A stretch of 39,562 bases of DNA. It comes from Draconibacterium orientale (GTDB taxonomy: Bacteria; Bacteroidota; Bacteroidia; Bacteroidales; UBA12170). Under the pieces are notes generated by a model, which searched no databases, had not been told where the DNA came from, and saw only the letters and a program-made list of their open reading frames with translations. This document shows positions 28,760 through 38,325 of the stretch, piece after piece. Numbering within the stretch: the stretch's first letter is position 1; the number at the start of each line of letters is the position of its first letter. Made by a program: the position numbers and the translations under genes. The stretch is from NCBI GenBank assembly GCA_020718315.1, contig DYSK01000002.1, positions 1 to 39,562 of the forward strand, in the 5' to 3' direction.

Positions 28760-28867
28760 ATTTATAAGCATTCAGCTCTTTTTGCTGAATCTGGGTATTG
28801 GCACCTTTCCCGAAAGCAGGTTGCCAGAGTTTCACAGAGCCTAGTCTCTCCACTCTTCTTTATAAAT
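28760..28867 (-). ncRNA. SAM-I (S-box) riboswitch aptamer upstream of metH-metF
   Basis: Minus strand AUUUAUA-AAGA-AGAGUGGAGAGACUAGGCUCUGUGAAACUCU-GGCAACC...AGGUGCC-AAUACCCAG-AUUCAGC...GCUGAAU-GCU-UAUAAAU. P1, K-turn-containing P2, P3 with GCAACC/GGUGC and P4 are all present; gene context is methionine synthesis. Confidence 0.92.
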
Positions 28868-28907
28868 CAAATACGCCACAACGGGGAGGAATATCTGAAT
28901 TCTGCCG

Positions 28908-28915
28908 CAAAAATA
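28908..28915 (-). promoter_or_regulatory. -7 promoter box for the riboswitch-metH transcript
   Basis: TATTTTTG on the minus strand about 40 bp upstream of the aptamer. Confidence 0.6.
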
Positions 28916-29059
28916 CTGAAATATTTCAATCTGACAAGCTGTTTTTATTTGCTTCGCGGAGCGTAGATTTAATTTGGATAGGCGTAATCAATTGCTCTTT
29001 AACGGGAACTTCTTTCATTTGTTTACATTTTTCTATATTTGCCGTAAATAGACAAAACA

Positions 29060-30526
29060 TTGAACCCTTTAAAAAGACTATTAGGCCAAACGGCTATTTA
29101 CGGACTGAGTAGCATTGTAGGTCGATTGCTCAACTATCTATTGGTTCCGCTTTATACCTACACATTGCCGGCGGCCGAATATGGAACAGTAACTGAATTG
29201 TATGCCTACATAGCCGTTTTATTTGCTTTTCTGACCTATGGAATGGAAACGACATTTTTTCGCTTTGCCGAAACAGAAAAGGGAAAAGACAAAGTGTACA
29301 GCACAAGTCTGATTTCACTTTTGGTAAGTAGCATTTTCTTTTTATTCCTCTTCATTGTCTTCAAAGATCGTATTGCCACTGGTTTGGATTATACACAACA
29401 TACGAACTATTTGGTTTGGTTTGTATTTATTTTATTTTTCGATTTGCTTACCACCATTCCTTTTGCCGGATTGCGAAGAGAAGGAAGAGCAGTACGATTT
29501 GCTTCTTTAAAGCTTTTGAATATCGGAATAAATATCGCTTTAAATCTCTTTTTTGTGTTGTACTGTACTCAGGTAATCAAACAAGCCGACGGCGGAATGA
29601 TGCACCGTTTTGTTAGCTCTTTTTTCAATTCCGATGAGCTGATTGGCTATATCTTTCTATCAAATTTGATAGCAAGCGGCATCACGCTCTTGTTTATGCT
29701 TTCAAGTTATCGCTTTTTAAAAGCCGGTTTCGATTTGGAGTTGTGGAAACGGATGATGCGCTATACTTGGCCTATTTTGGTGGTGAGCATTGCCGGAATT
29801 ATCCCTGTTTCTCTGGATAAAATTCTTTTTCCGCATTTGTCCGCCAATCCTGAAATGGCCATGACCGAGCTGGGAATTTATGGGGCAAATGCTAAAATTG
29901 CTGTAATTATGGTTCTTTTTATCCAAACTTTTCGCTATGCTGCCGATCCATTTTTCTTTGGAGAAGCCAACAACAAAGACGCGCAAAAAACCTACGCTTT
30001 GGTAATGAAATGGTTTGTGATTGCCGGAACATTTATATTTCTTGGGACAATGCTTTTTATCGATTTCATTCAATATTTTATTGGTTCGTCTTATCGCTCC
30101 GGATTGGGTGTTGTTCCTATTTTACTGATGGCAAATCTTTCACTGGGAATTTTTTACAACCTTTCATTTTGGTATAAGCTTACAGATAAAACGATTTATG
30201 GTGCTTGGTTTTCGCTAATTGGAGCAGTTATTGCCATTGCAGCAAACATAGTTCTTATTCCTGTTTGGGGAATTTACGGGGCGGCTTGGGCTGTGTTTTT
30301 CGCCTATTTTATACCAATGGTACTTTCTTATTTTTATGGCCGAAGATATTTCCCAATTCCATACGAAGTAATGAAAATAGTATTTTATCCGCTTGTTGCC
30401 CTACTTGTTTATGCTCTCAGCGTCCTGTTCAATACGTCTATTTATTTGAATGTTGTTTTGTTTGGGTTTTTCTTTTTTTTGATGTTGTTGGTAGAGCGAC
30501 CAAAAGCCAAGACGCAAGGCGTTTAG
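29060..30526 (+). CDS. Polysaccharide/oligosaccharide flippase (Wzx/MOP superfamily)
   Basis: LKRLLGQTAIYGLSSIVGRLLNYLLVPLYT, TYGMETTFFRF, FRYAADPFFF; about 12-14 TM segments; TTG start; TATATTTG box at 29034..29041. Confidence 0.88.
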   Translation: MNPLKRLLGQTAIYGLSSIVGRLLNYLLVPLYTYTLPAAEYGTVTELYAYIAVLFAFLTYGMETTFFRFAETEKGKDKVYSTSLISLLVSSIFFLFLFIVFKDRIATGLDYTQHTNYLVWFVFILFFDLLTTIPFAGLRREGRAVRFASLKLLNIGINIALNLFFVLYCTQVIKQADGGMMHRFVSSFFNSDELIGYIFLSNLIASGITLLFMLSSYRFLKAGFDLELWKRMMRYTWPILVVSIAGIIPVSLDKILFPHLSANPEMAMTELGIYGANAKIAVIMVLFIQTFRYAADPFFFGEANNKDAQKTYALVMKWFVIAGTFIFLGTMLFIDFIQYFIGSSYRSGLGVVPILLMANLSLGIFYNLSFWYKLTDKTIYGAWFSLIGAVIAIAANIVLIPVWGIYGAAWAVFFAYFIPMVLSYFYGRRYFPIPYEVMKIVFYPLVALLVYALSVLFNTSIYLNVVLFGFFFFLMLLVERPKAKTQGV

Positions 30527-30559
30527 GTGCAAACCGAATTTAAAATTTCTAAATAAAAG

Positions 30560-32194
30560 ATGAACAACACTTCCGAAAAGCCCATACCGATGAAAAAGAA
30601 AAATACGATTCCACACACCTATGTCATTGTATTTTACATCATTTTGTTTGCTGCTTTTCTGACTTGGATTATTCCGGGTGGCGCATTCGACAGACAGCAA
30701 ATACAACTCGAAAACGGGAATATAAAAGAAGTAATCAACGGAAATTCTTTTCATTATGTGGATGCAAATCCCCAGACCTGGCAAGTGTTTTCGGCTCTTT
30801 TTGATGGCTTTGTGGACAAAGCGGATATCATCGTTTTTATTTTGCTTATTGGCGGCGCGTTCTGGATAATGAACGAAAGTAAAGCAATAGATGTTGGGAT
30901 ATTTGCATTCTTGCGATTTGCGAAGAGCATTGAACATATTTGGCTGTTTCAAAAACTGGGTATCAACAACATTATCATCACGCTGATTATGCTTTTGTTT
31001 TCTGTTTTTGGCGCCGTATTTGGAATGAGCGAAGAAACCATCGCTTTCGTAATCATTTTTGTGCCATTGGCCATTAGTATGGGCTACGACAGCATTGTGG
31101 GCGTTTCGCTCTGTTTTGTTGGAGCAGCTCTTGGTTTTGCTGGCGCCTTGCTCAATCCGTTTACCATTGGCATTGCGCAAGGATTGTCGGGATTGCCTTT
31201 GTTTTCGGGCATTGAGTTTCGTTTTTTCAGTTGGGTGGTAATTAATTTTGTTGGGATAGCTTGGATTCTTCGCTATGCGAGCAAAATTAAAGCCAATCCA
31301 AAGCTTTCGCCTGTTTACGAAGAAGATGCGTATTGGCGAAAAGCAGAAACATCAAAGGAATCTTTTCAATTGATTGCTGCCGGAAAATCGGCTTGGATAA
31401 GTTTTTTTCTTCTTTTGGCCATTTTGATTTATTTTACTTCTGTTAATTTGATGAGCGAATTGCAAATTGGAAATGCCGTTTATCGATTGCCCATCTTGCC
31501 AATTGTCACACTTTTCTTTGCTTTTTTTGGCTTCCTTAGTCTTCGAAAATCAATCCATTTCTATATCTTAACTCTTTTGGGATTAACAATTTTTATTCTC
31601 ATTGTCGGCGTAATGGGATACGCTTGGTATGTGATGGAAATAGCCAGCTTGTTTTTTGCTATGGGAATTGCATCGGGTATTGCCATGAATTATTCTCCAA
31701 ATAAAATCACTGCTTTATTTATTGCCGGAGTAAAAGACATTACATCTGCCGCTCTTGTGGTTGGCTTAGCAGGCGGAATCATTATCATTTTGAACAATGG
31801 ATCTATTATTGATACGCTCTTGTATTACGTTTCAAGATCAATGAAGGATGTTGGAAAATTAGCTTCAGTTGAATTGATGTATGTTTTTCAAACCGGAATT
31901 AACATCATTATCCCCTCAGGTTCGGCAAAAGCAGCATTAACGATGCCAATCATGTCTCAGTTTTCGGATTTAATTGGTGTTTCGCGACAAGCAACTGTTA
32001 TGGCTTTTCAATTTGGCGACGGGTTTACAAATATGATTACCCCAACTTCGGGTGTATTGATTGGCGTTTTGGGCGTAGCAAAAATTCCGTACGATAAATG
32101 GGTAAAATGGATCTGGCCTTTTATTCTAATTCTCAGTTTGGTGGGCGCGCTTTTGCTTATTCCAACCGTTTATATGCAATTGAACGGATTTTGA
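30560..32194 (+). CDS. YfcC/DcuC-like transporter (C4-dicarboxylate or basic amino acid carrier family)
   Basis: IPHTYVIVF..LTWIIPGG, FGMSEETIAF, NPFTIGIAQ, IPSGSAKA, AFQFGDGFTNMITPTSG. Confidence 0.9.
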   Translation: MNNTSEKPIPMKKKNTIPHTYVIVFYIILFAAFLTWIIPGGAFDRQQIQLENGNIKEVINGNSFHYVDANPQTWQVFSALFDGFVDKADIIVFILLIGGAFWIMNESKAIDVGIFAFLRFAKSIEHIWLFQKLGINNIIITLIMLLFSVFGAVFGMSEETIAFVIIFVPLAISMGYDSIVGVSLCFVGAALGFAGALLNPFTIGIAQGLSGLPLFSGIEFRFFSWVVINFVGIAWILRYASKIKANPKLSPVYEEDAYWRKAETSKESFQLIAAGKSAWISFFLLLAILIYFTSVNLMSELQIGNAVYRLPILPIVTLFFAFFGFLSLRKSIHFYILTLLGLTIFILIVGVMGYAWYVMEIASLFFAMGIASGIAMNYSPNKITALFIAGVKDITSAALVVGLAGGIIIILNNGSIIDTLLYYVSRSMKDVGKLASVELMYVFQTGINIIIPSGSAKAALTMPIMSQFSDLIGVSRQATVMAFQFGDGFTNMITPTSGVLIGVLGVAKIPYDKWVKWIWPFILILSLVGALLLIPTVYMQLNGF

Positions 32195-32215
32195 TAACCA
32201 AACCAATCTTTGCTT

Positions 32216-33475
32216 TTAGAACGGCTCCACCACATCAATCATTTTGTACACCAAATCACCTCTGCGAACGAGTTCTTTGGTTTTGAACGAAATAGCATTT
32301 CCTTTTCCGGCTTTTTCGACGGCTATTAAATCGAGGCGTAGTTCGGCAATTGTATCTTCATACACTCCCGTTGTTGGTCCTACAATATTTATTTCGTCGC
32401 CAATACGAAGTTCATTGGTATCAATTTGCAGTTCAGCTACATTGAGTTTTGCAAAATAATTGGTAATCTTTCCGAGATATACTTTTTTTCGTGTTGCTTG
32501 CGAACCATATCTGTCGGCCCATTCGCCCATTTTTCGTCCCAGATAATAGCCGTCCCAAAACCCGCGATTGTAAACCGATTCCAGTTCCGTATTCCATTTT
32601 TCGATATTTTCTTGCGTAAAATGGCCTTCGAAATAAGCTGTTGCCGCTTGGCGATAAACGCGTGTTACTTTTTTTACATATTCGGGAGATCGGCCACGCC
32701 CTTCAATTTTCAAAACACGAACGCCGGCAAGAAGTATTTTGTCTAAAAAATCGAGTGTTTTCAAATCTTTTGGCGACATGATGTATTCGTTGTCAACATG
32801 CATTTCCAATCCACTATCGCGGTCTTTCACATCGTAACCTCTTCGGCAAGGCTGAAGACAAGCGCCACGATTTGCCGATGAATTCATCAAATCCAAGCTA
32901 AGGTAACATTTTCCAGAAACAGCCATACACAAAGCGCCGTGAGCAAATATTTCAATTTGAACCAAGTTGCCTGACGGGCCTTTTATTTGTTCTTGTTCGA
33001 TTGCTTCGGTAATGGCTCTCACTTGGTTTAAATTAAGTTCGCGTGCTGTAACCATCACATCGGCAAATAAGGAATAAAATTTCACCGCTTCAATATTGGT
33101 AATATTGCTTTGTGTGGACATGTGGATTTCCATTTTCTGCGAAAAAGCATAATGAATCACCGACTGATCGGCAGCAATTATGGCGCTAATTCCATTTGCT
33201 TTAGCTGCATCCACTATGGCTTTCATTTCATCCAATTCCTGATCGAAAATCACTGTATTGAGCGTGATATAAGAGCGAATGTTGTGTTGTTTACAAATTG
33301 TTGCAATCTCTTTTAAATCGTCGAGGGTAAAATTCTTCGAAGATTTGGAGCGCATATTTAATTTGCCAATTCCAAAATAAACGGAGTTTGCTCCGCCTTG
33401 AATAGCCGCCATCAACGATTCGTAAGAACCAACGGGAGCCATTATCTCAACATCTTGCGCTGTATGAAGTTGCAT
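32216..33475 (-). CDS. Peptidase U32 family protein (probably a TrhP/RlhA-like Fe-S RNA hydroxylation factor)
   Basis: EIMAPVGS, ARELNL, EIFAHGALCMAVSGKC, ANRGACLQPCR, SPKDL, LKIEGR; TATTTTTG box at 33493..33500. Confidence 0.92.
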   Translation of the reverse strand: MQLHTAQDVEIMAPVGSYESLMAAIQGGANSVYFGIGKLNMRSKSSKNFTLDDLKEIATICKQHNIRSYITLNTVIFDQELDEMKAIVDAAKANGISAIIAADQSVIHYAFSQKMEIHMSTQSNITNIEAVKFYSLFADVMVTARELNLNQVRAITEAIEQEQIKGPSGNLVQIEIFAHGALCMAVSGKCYLSLDLMNSSANRGACLQPCRRGYDVKDRDSGLEMHVDNEYIMSPKDLKTLDFLDKILLAGVRVLKIEGRGRSPEYVKKVTRVYRQAATAYFEGHFTQENIEKWNTELESVYNRGFWDGYYLGRKMGEWADRYGSQATRKKVYLGKITNYFAKLNVAELQIDTNELRIGDEINIVGPTTGVYEDTIAELRLDLIAVEKAGKGNAISFKTKELVRRGDLVYKMIDVVEPF

Positions 33476-33653
33476 GCATTTAAGATTTTGCGCAAAAATA
33501 CGTTTAATTTTTCAGGATTAGAAATACCTAATTAGCTGCTTGTTTCGACAAAAACGGATTGAAGCCGCATAAATTTTGAACTTCTATCACTACGGATTGC
33601 ATTTTTCTTTAATTTAGTAAAATATAAAATGGTTGCTAACCAAATCATTGACC

Positions 33654-36600
33654 ATGGATTTAACGCGATTCAGCAGAAGAACTCTATTTATAATCTTTCT
33701 GGTATTTTTTATTTCCAATACGTCTTCAATTGCAAACGACACGATTCGGATTGGCGCTTTGGCTCATAGGAGCGAAGCGGAAAGTTTAGCCAAATGGTCG
33801 CCTACTGTGGATTACTTGAATCAAGCGTTTGGGAATTATCATTTTGTATTGACTCCGCTTTTTTTTGAGCAGATAGAACTGCTTGTTCAGCAAAAAAAAA
33901 TCGATTTAGTAATTTGTAACCCTGCAATTTTTATCCTTCTTCAAGAAAAATACCAAGCCAGTGCCCTCGCCACGGTTCAAACTTATTTTCAAGAAAAACC
34001 ATACAACGAGTATGGGGGGCTCTTCTTTACACTTTCAGGAAATGAGCAAATCAACAATCTTGTTGATATCAAAGGAAAATCAATTGCTCTGGTTGATAAT
34101 CAATCATTGGGTGCCGGCGTTATGCCCCGAGTTTTGATGCGTCAGAATAAGTTGGATTTGCTTAAAGATCCAAAAACTTTTATTTATACCAATCAGCACG
34201 ATGCTGTTGTTTATGAAGTATTGAGTGGCAGAGCCGATGTAGGGTTCGTGCGAACAGGAATAGTGGAAGATATGGCTTCCAGAGGACAGATAAATATAAA
34301 AGAAATAAAAGTAATACATCAACAAAAGCATTTGGAGTTTCCATTTCTGATAAGTACAGAATTGGTTCCCGAATGGCCGTTGGTAAAACTGGCTCATGTT
34401 TCAGATTTTTTGGCAGTTGAAATAGCCAGAAAGCTTTTCGCTTTCGAAAAAGCCAATTTGGAAAATCCAGGATATGGATGGGGAATAGCCGCCGATTACA
34501 GTGTTGTTGCTAAGTATTTAAAATTGATTCATGCGCCGCCCTACAACAATGAAAAAGAAACATTTAAAGAGATCATCGAAGGCGATTGGCAACATTTCTT
34601 TTTGCTTTTTGGATTGGCCATTGTTTTGGGCTTATTCGCCTTGTTTTTGCGCTATTTGTACAATCAAATGAGTGTAAGCAAAAAAGAAAAAAAAGACCAC
34701 GGCATTGAGCATTATCTAAAATCGGATTCTCCGCATCTTAATGCAGAAAATTGTTTTGAAAGCGCTGCTGCAAAAAAAATATTTCAGCCTCGTTCGGTTT
34801 GGTCGTATTCTTATTTAAAATATTTTGTACTGACTGTATTGGTGTATTATCTGAGTGTATTATTCGGTTTGGTTTTTTCGATCGACACAACGGGGACAAC
34901 GGCTATATGGTTTGCGTCGGGAGTTGGGTTTTTAGCGGTTTATATATTTGGATACCGCATTTGGCCGGCTATTTTTATTGGTTCTTTCTTGGTTTATTTG
35001 TCGGACGCACATTTAGTTGTAGATGATGTAGGCAAATGGCCATTTCATGGTTTGGCGGCCATAAACGCGTTGAACAACGCCTTGGAATCAGTTTTGGCTG
35101 TGTTTATAAGTCGAAAACTGATAGGTTCAAAAGCCTTGTTTTCCAGTATTAAATCGACCGTTCTGTTTATTATTCCGGTGAGTTTGACTGTGAGTCTTTT
35201 TTCGGCTACAGTGGGTGTTTTTGCAATTTCATGTGTAAACAATGATTGGAGACTTTTTTACGATTTGTTGCTAACTTGGTGGCTTGGCGATTTGGCTGGT
35301 ATGCTATTGATAGTTCCGTTGGTTTTAAGTTGGAGAAAGAGCGAATTTTCAATTCCACAAACCAAACGATTGGCATTACTTTTACTCTCTGCGTTTTTCC
35401 TCATGGCAGTGGGTTCGTTTATTTTCCTGACAGGATACCATATTGCCTATTTATTTTTGCCTTTCTTTATTTATATCACTTTCCGTTTAGGCCGATTTAT
35501 GAGCTTTAGTATGGCGGCCATTTTAAGCCTCGTTTCTATTTGGATGGTTACCGGAATGGATATGTATTGGGTGTGGGACAATGCAGGGGAAGCCTTGTTT
35601 TATGTTCGGTTGTTTTTATTAATCCTCTATCTCACCATTCTTTTGGTAGCGGCAGTACTATCGGAACAATATATAGCCGAAGGCGGAATGCGCTTGTACA
35701 AAGAAATTCTGAAAAATTCAACCGAAGGTATAGCCATTCTAAGTACACAAGGATTTTACATTGAGCAAAATGATGCTTACAAAAAAATATTTGGATTTGC
35801 AGACGAAGAATTAATAAGAAAAACGCCCGCTATTCATTTTGGGGAAGAAACATTTGCCTTGATGTTTCAAAAAGTAAAAGAAAGTGGCTTTGCATTTTTC
35901 GAGCGAGATAGCGAAACTAAATTTGGGATTAAACCTATCGAAGTTTCTTTTTTTAGCATTCGAAACAAAGCGAATGAGCTGGTTTGTTATGTTGGAATCA
36001 ACAAAGAAATTACCGAAAGAAGAGAAGCCGAAAATCTTTTACGAAAAAGCGAAGCCGAAGCATGGAGTTTGTTTAAACATGCTGCTATTCCGATTATGAT
36101 TGAAGATTTTAGCGAAATAAAAATTTATTTAGATAAATTAAAAGCTGCTGGATTAACTGATTGGGAAGCCTATTTTGATCAAAACACGAATGAGGTAGCC
36201 AAGCTCGCCGATAAAATAAAAGTACTCGAGATTAATGAACGAATGCTTGATTTGCACGGCAAAGAAAACAAGGAAAATTTATTGAACAAAACGGGTAGCT
36301 TTTTCACAAAAGATTCTTTAGCCGTTTTTAGAAATGAAATTATTGCTTTGGCTCAAGGACAAAATTCTTTTACAAGCGAAATAACAATTCCTAATCAAAA
36401 AGGAGAAAGCATGTGTTTGATTCTTAGCGTCTCTATTCCTCCGTTGTATCGCGAAAATTTTGAGCGTGTTTTGGTTTCTTTTGTGGATATCACGGAGACA
36501 AAACGCTCGCAAACCATACTTAAAATCCTTTTAAACATCTCGAATGCTGCAAATAAAGCCACAGATATTGCCGAAACTATTGAAGTCGTTCAAAAAGAAT

Positions 36601-37742
36601 TGGGAACAATCATTGATACTTCAAATTTTTACTTGGCTCTTTACAATGCTGAAAAAGATGAAATTGAATTGCCTTTTTTTATAGATACCATTGATCAGTT
36701 TAAAAAAGTTCCGGCCGGAAACACGCTAACACGGCTTGTGATCAAAGAAGGGAAATCGTATTTATTAAACGAAGAAGAAAGACAAAAACTGCATGCAAAA
36801 GGAGTAATAAAAGCCGTTGGCGCCAGCTCAAAAATATGGCTGGGAGTTCCACTGAAAGTAAGAGGCGAATCCATTGGAGCCTTTGTGGTGCAAAGTTATA
36901 TCGACGAAAATGCTTTCACCGAAAACGACAAAGAAACAATAGAAATCGTTGCCAACCAGATTGCCTTGTCCATTGAACGAAAGAAAGCCGAAACAGACCT
37001 CAATGCTTCTTTCGAAAAATCGCAAGAAAGCGACCGCATAAAATCGGCTTTTTTATCAAGTATGAGTCACGAACTAAGAACACCACTTAATGCAATAATT
37101 GGTTTTTCAAGCTTGATGGATAAAGATTTAAGCACAGATCAATTTCTTGAGTTTGGTGAAATGATCAACAAAAGCGGGGCAAATCTTCTAGAAATTGTTG
37201 ACAATATTTTTGAAGTGTCGCTCATTGATGCCGGCGCACACGAGCAAACCTACCGTTCGCATTCTCTTCAAAACTTGATGGATCAGATTAACCAAACAAT
37301 TTATATCAGAAGAAGAGTATTAAACAAAGAAAACGTAGAAATAAGCATGAATAATCAAGCAACGATAGCACAGGAAATATTCATCGATGGCCAAAGTTTT
37401 AAAAATATTTTTCTGCATCTGCTTAACAATGCGCTAAAATTCACCTCTCAAGGAAGTATTCAGTTTGGTCTTGAAAGAGTGGACGAAAACGGCAACTTCT
37501 ATTTCTATGTAAAAGACACAGGAATTGGAATTTCGAAAGACAAACAAGACTTTATTTTTGATAGTTTTCGCATGGGCGATGATACCCATACTCGGCAATA
37601 CCAAGGGATAGGCGTAGGTTTGTTTATCTGTAAGAACCTAATTCACTTACTGGGCGGCGACATAAAATTAGAATCCACCGAAAATGAAGGCGCACGCTTT
37701 TCTTTTTATTTACCTTTACGGCGCATTAAAAACACATTTTGA
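33654..37742 (+). CDS. Multi-sensor histidine kinase: PhnD-like solute-binding domain, TM, MASE1, PAS, PAS, GAF, HisKA, HATPase
   Basis: Signal peptide; IRIGALAHR..WSPTVDYL..HDAVVYEVLSGRADVGFVRTG..PEWP (PhnD-like); IWFASGVG..TWWLGDLAGMLLIVP (MASE1); DITE (PAS); WLGVPL..VVQSY (GAF); MSHELRTPLNAI, NNALKFT, DTGIGI, GIGVGL. ATG 33654 is preferred over TTG 33633. Confidence 0.92.
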   Translation: MDLTRFSRRTLFIIFLVFFISNTSSIANDTIRIGALAHRSEAESLAKWSPTVDYLNQAFGNYHFVLTPLFFEQIELLVQQKKIDLVICNPAIFILLQEKYQASALATVQTYFQEKPYNEYGGLFFTLSGNEQINNLVDIKGKSIALVDNQSLGAGVMPRVLMRQNKLDLLKDPKTFIYTNQHDAVVYEVLSGRADVGFVRTGIVEDMASRGQINIKEIKVIHQQKHLEFPFLISTELVPEWPLVKLAHVSDFLAVEIARKLFAFEKANLENPGYGWGIAADYSVVAKYLKLIHAPPYNNEKETFKEIIEGDWQHFFLLFGLAIVLGLFALFLRYLYNQMSVSKKEKKDHGIEHYLKSDSPHLNAENCFESAAAKKIFQPRSVWSYSYLKYFVLTVLVYYLSVLFGLVFSIDTTGTTAIWFASGVGFLAVYIFGYRIWPAIFIGSFLVYLSDAHLVVDDVGKWPFHGLAAINALNNALESVLAVFISRKLIGSKALFSSIKSTVLFIIPVSLTVSLFSATVGVFAISCVNNDWRLFYDLLLTWWLGDLAGMLLIVPLVLSWRKSEFSIPQTKRLALLLLSAFFLMAVGSFIFLTGYHIAYLFLPFFIYITFRLGRFMSFSMAAILSLVSIWMVTGMDMYWVWDNAGEALFYVRLFLLILYLTILLVAAVLSEQYIAEGGMRLYKEILKNSTEGIAILSTQGFYIEQNDAYKKIFGFADEELIRKTPAIHFGEETFALMFQKVKESGFAFFERDSETKFGIKPIEVSFFSIRNKANELVCYVGINKEITERREAENLLRKSEAEAWSLFKHAAIPIMIEDFSEIKIYLDKLKAAGLTDWEAYFDQNTNEVAKLADKIKVLEINERMLDLHGKENKENLLNKTGSFFTKDSLAVFRNEIIALAQGQNSFTSEITIPNQKGESMCLILSVSIPPLYRENFERVLVSFVDITETKRSQTILKILLNISNAANKATDIAETIEVVQKELGTIIDTSNFYLALYNAEKDEIELPFFIDTIDQFKKVPAGNTLTRLVIKEGKSYLLNEEERQKLHAKGVIKAVGASSKIWLGVPLKVRGESIGAFVVQSYIDENAFTENDKETIEIVANQIALSIERKKAETDLNASFEKSQESDRIKSAFLSSMSHELRTPLNAIIGFSSLMDKDLSTDQFLEFGEMINKSGANLLEIVDNIFEVSLIDAGAHEQTYRSHSLQNLMDQINQTIYIRRRVLNKENVEISMNNQATIAQEIFIDGQSFKNIFLHLLNNALKFTSQGSIQFGLERVDENGNFYFYVKDTGIGISKDKQDFIFDSFRMGDDTHTRQYQGIGVGLFICKNLIHLLGGDIKLESTENEGARFSFYLPLRRIKNTF

Positions 37743-37745
37743 ATC

Positions 37746-38123
37746 ATGAGCGAATCCAAATTGACAAATAAATTAGTTTTGATTGTGGAAGACGATGTAA
37801 TCAACAATGAATTACTTATTTTTCTTTTGAGAAGAGTGAATATGCAATCGCTCAGTGCTTACAACGGCAAGGACGCGATAGAATTGTTTAAAGCAAATCC
37901 GAAAATCGATTTGGTATTGATGGATTTAAAAATTCCCGGAATGAGCGGATATGAGATTACAGAAGAGCTGAAAAAAATCCGTGCCGAGGTTCCTATCATT
38001 GCCCAAACGGCCTATGCTTTAAGTGGAGATAGAGAAAAGGCCATGGCAGCCGGTTGCGACGAATACATCAAAAAGCCAATCATAAAAGAAGAGCTTTACC
38101 GGCTAATGGAAAATTTCTTCTAG
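37746..38123 (+). CDS. Single-domain response regulator (CheY-like receiver)
   Basis: LIVEDD, LVLMDLKIPGMSG, IIAQTAYA, YIKKP; starts 3 bp after the kinase stop. Confidence 0.95.
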   Translation: MSESKLTNKLVLIVEDDVINNELLIFLLRRVNMQSLSAYNGKDAIELFKANPKIDLVLMDLKIPGMSGYEITEELKKIRAEVPIIAQTAYALSGDREKAMAAGCDEYIKKPIIKEELYRLMENFF

Positions 38124-38325
38124 CCTGTTTGAATAGAGCTTTTTTTGTTGGTTCGCATTTCCAATATTTTGCATCCCGATTTTCTTTTGAGACGCGATTG
38201 TTCAGTTGATAATATTTTGCCAGAAAGGCACAAAATCACTCTCAACAAATCCATAATAAAACGTTTTCGGAAAATCGTTTTTCTAATATCAGAACTCCCT
38301 GTAAAAAAAACGGAATACTTCTATT

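Noticed and set aside
20210-28900. Cobalamin riboswitch or NrdR boxes ahead of nrdJ or metH; intein in nrdJ
   Set aside because: No B12-box/GGGAA-GCCACUG pattern or NrdR palindrome was seen. NrdJ motifs are contiguous, with no intein-sized insertion.
28798-29112. 104-aa plus-strand ORF
   Set aside because: It is antisense to the SAM-I aptamer, crosses two promoter boxes and overlaps the flippase start out of frame.
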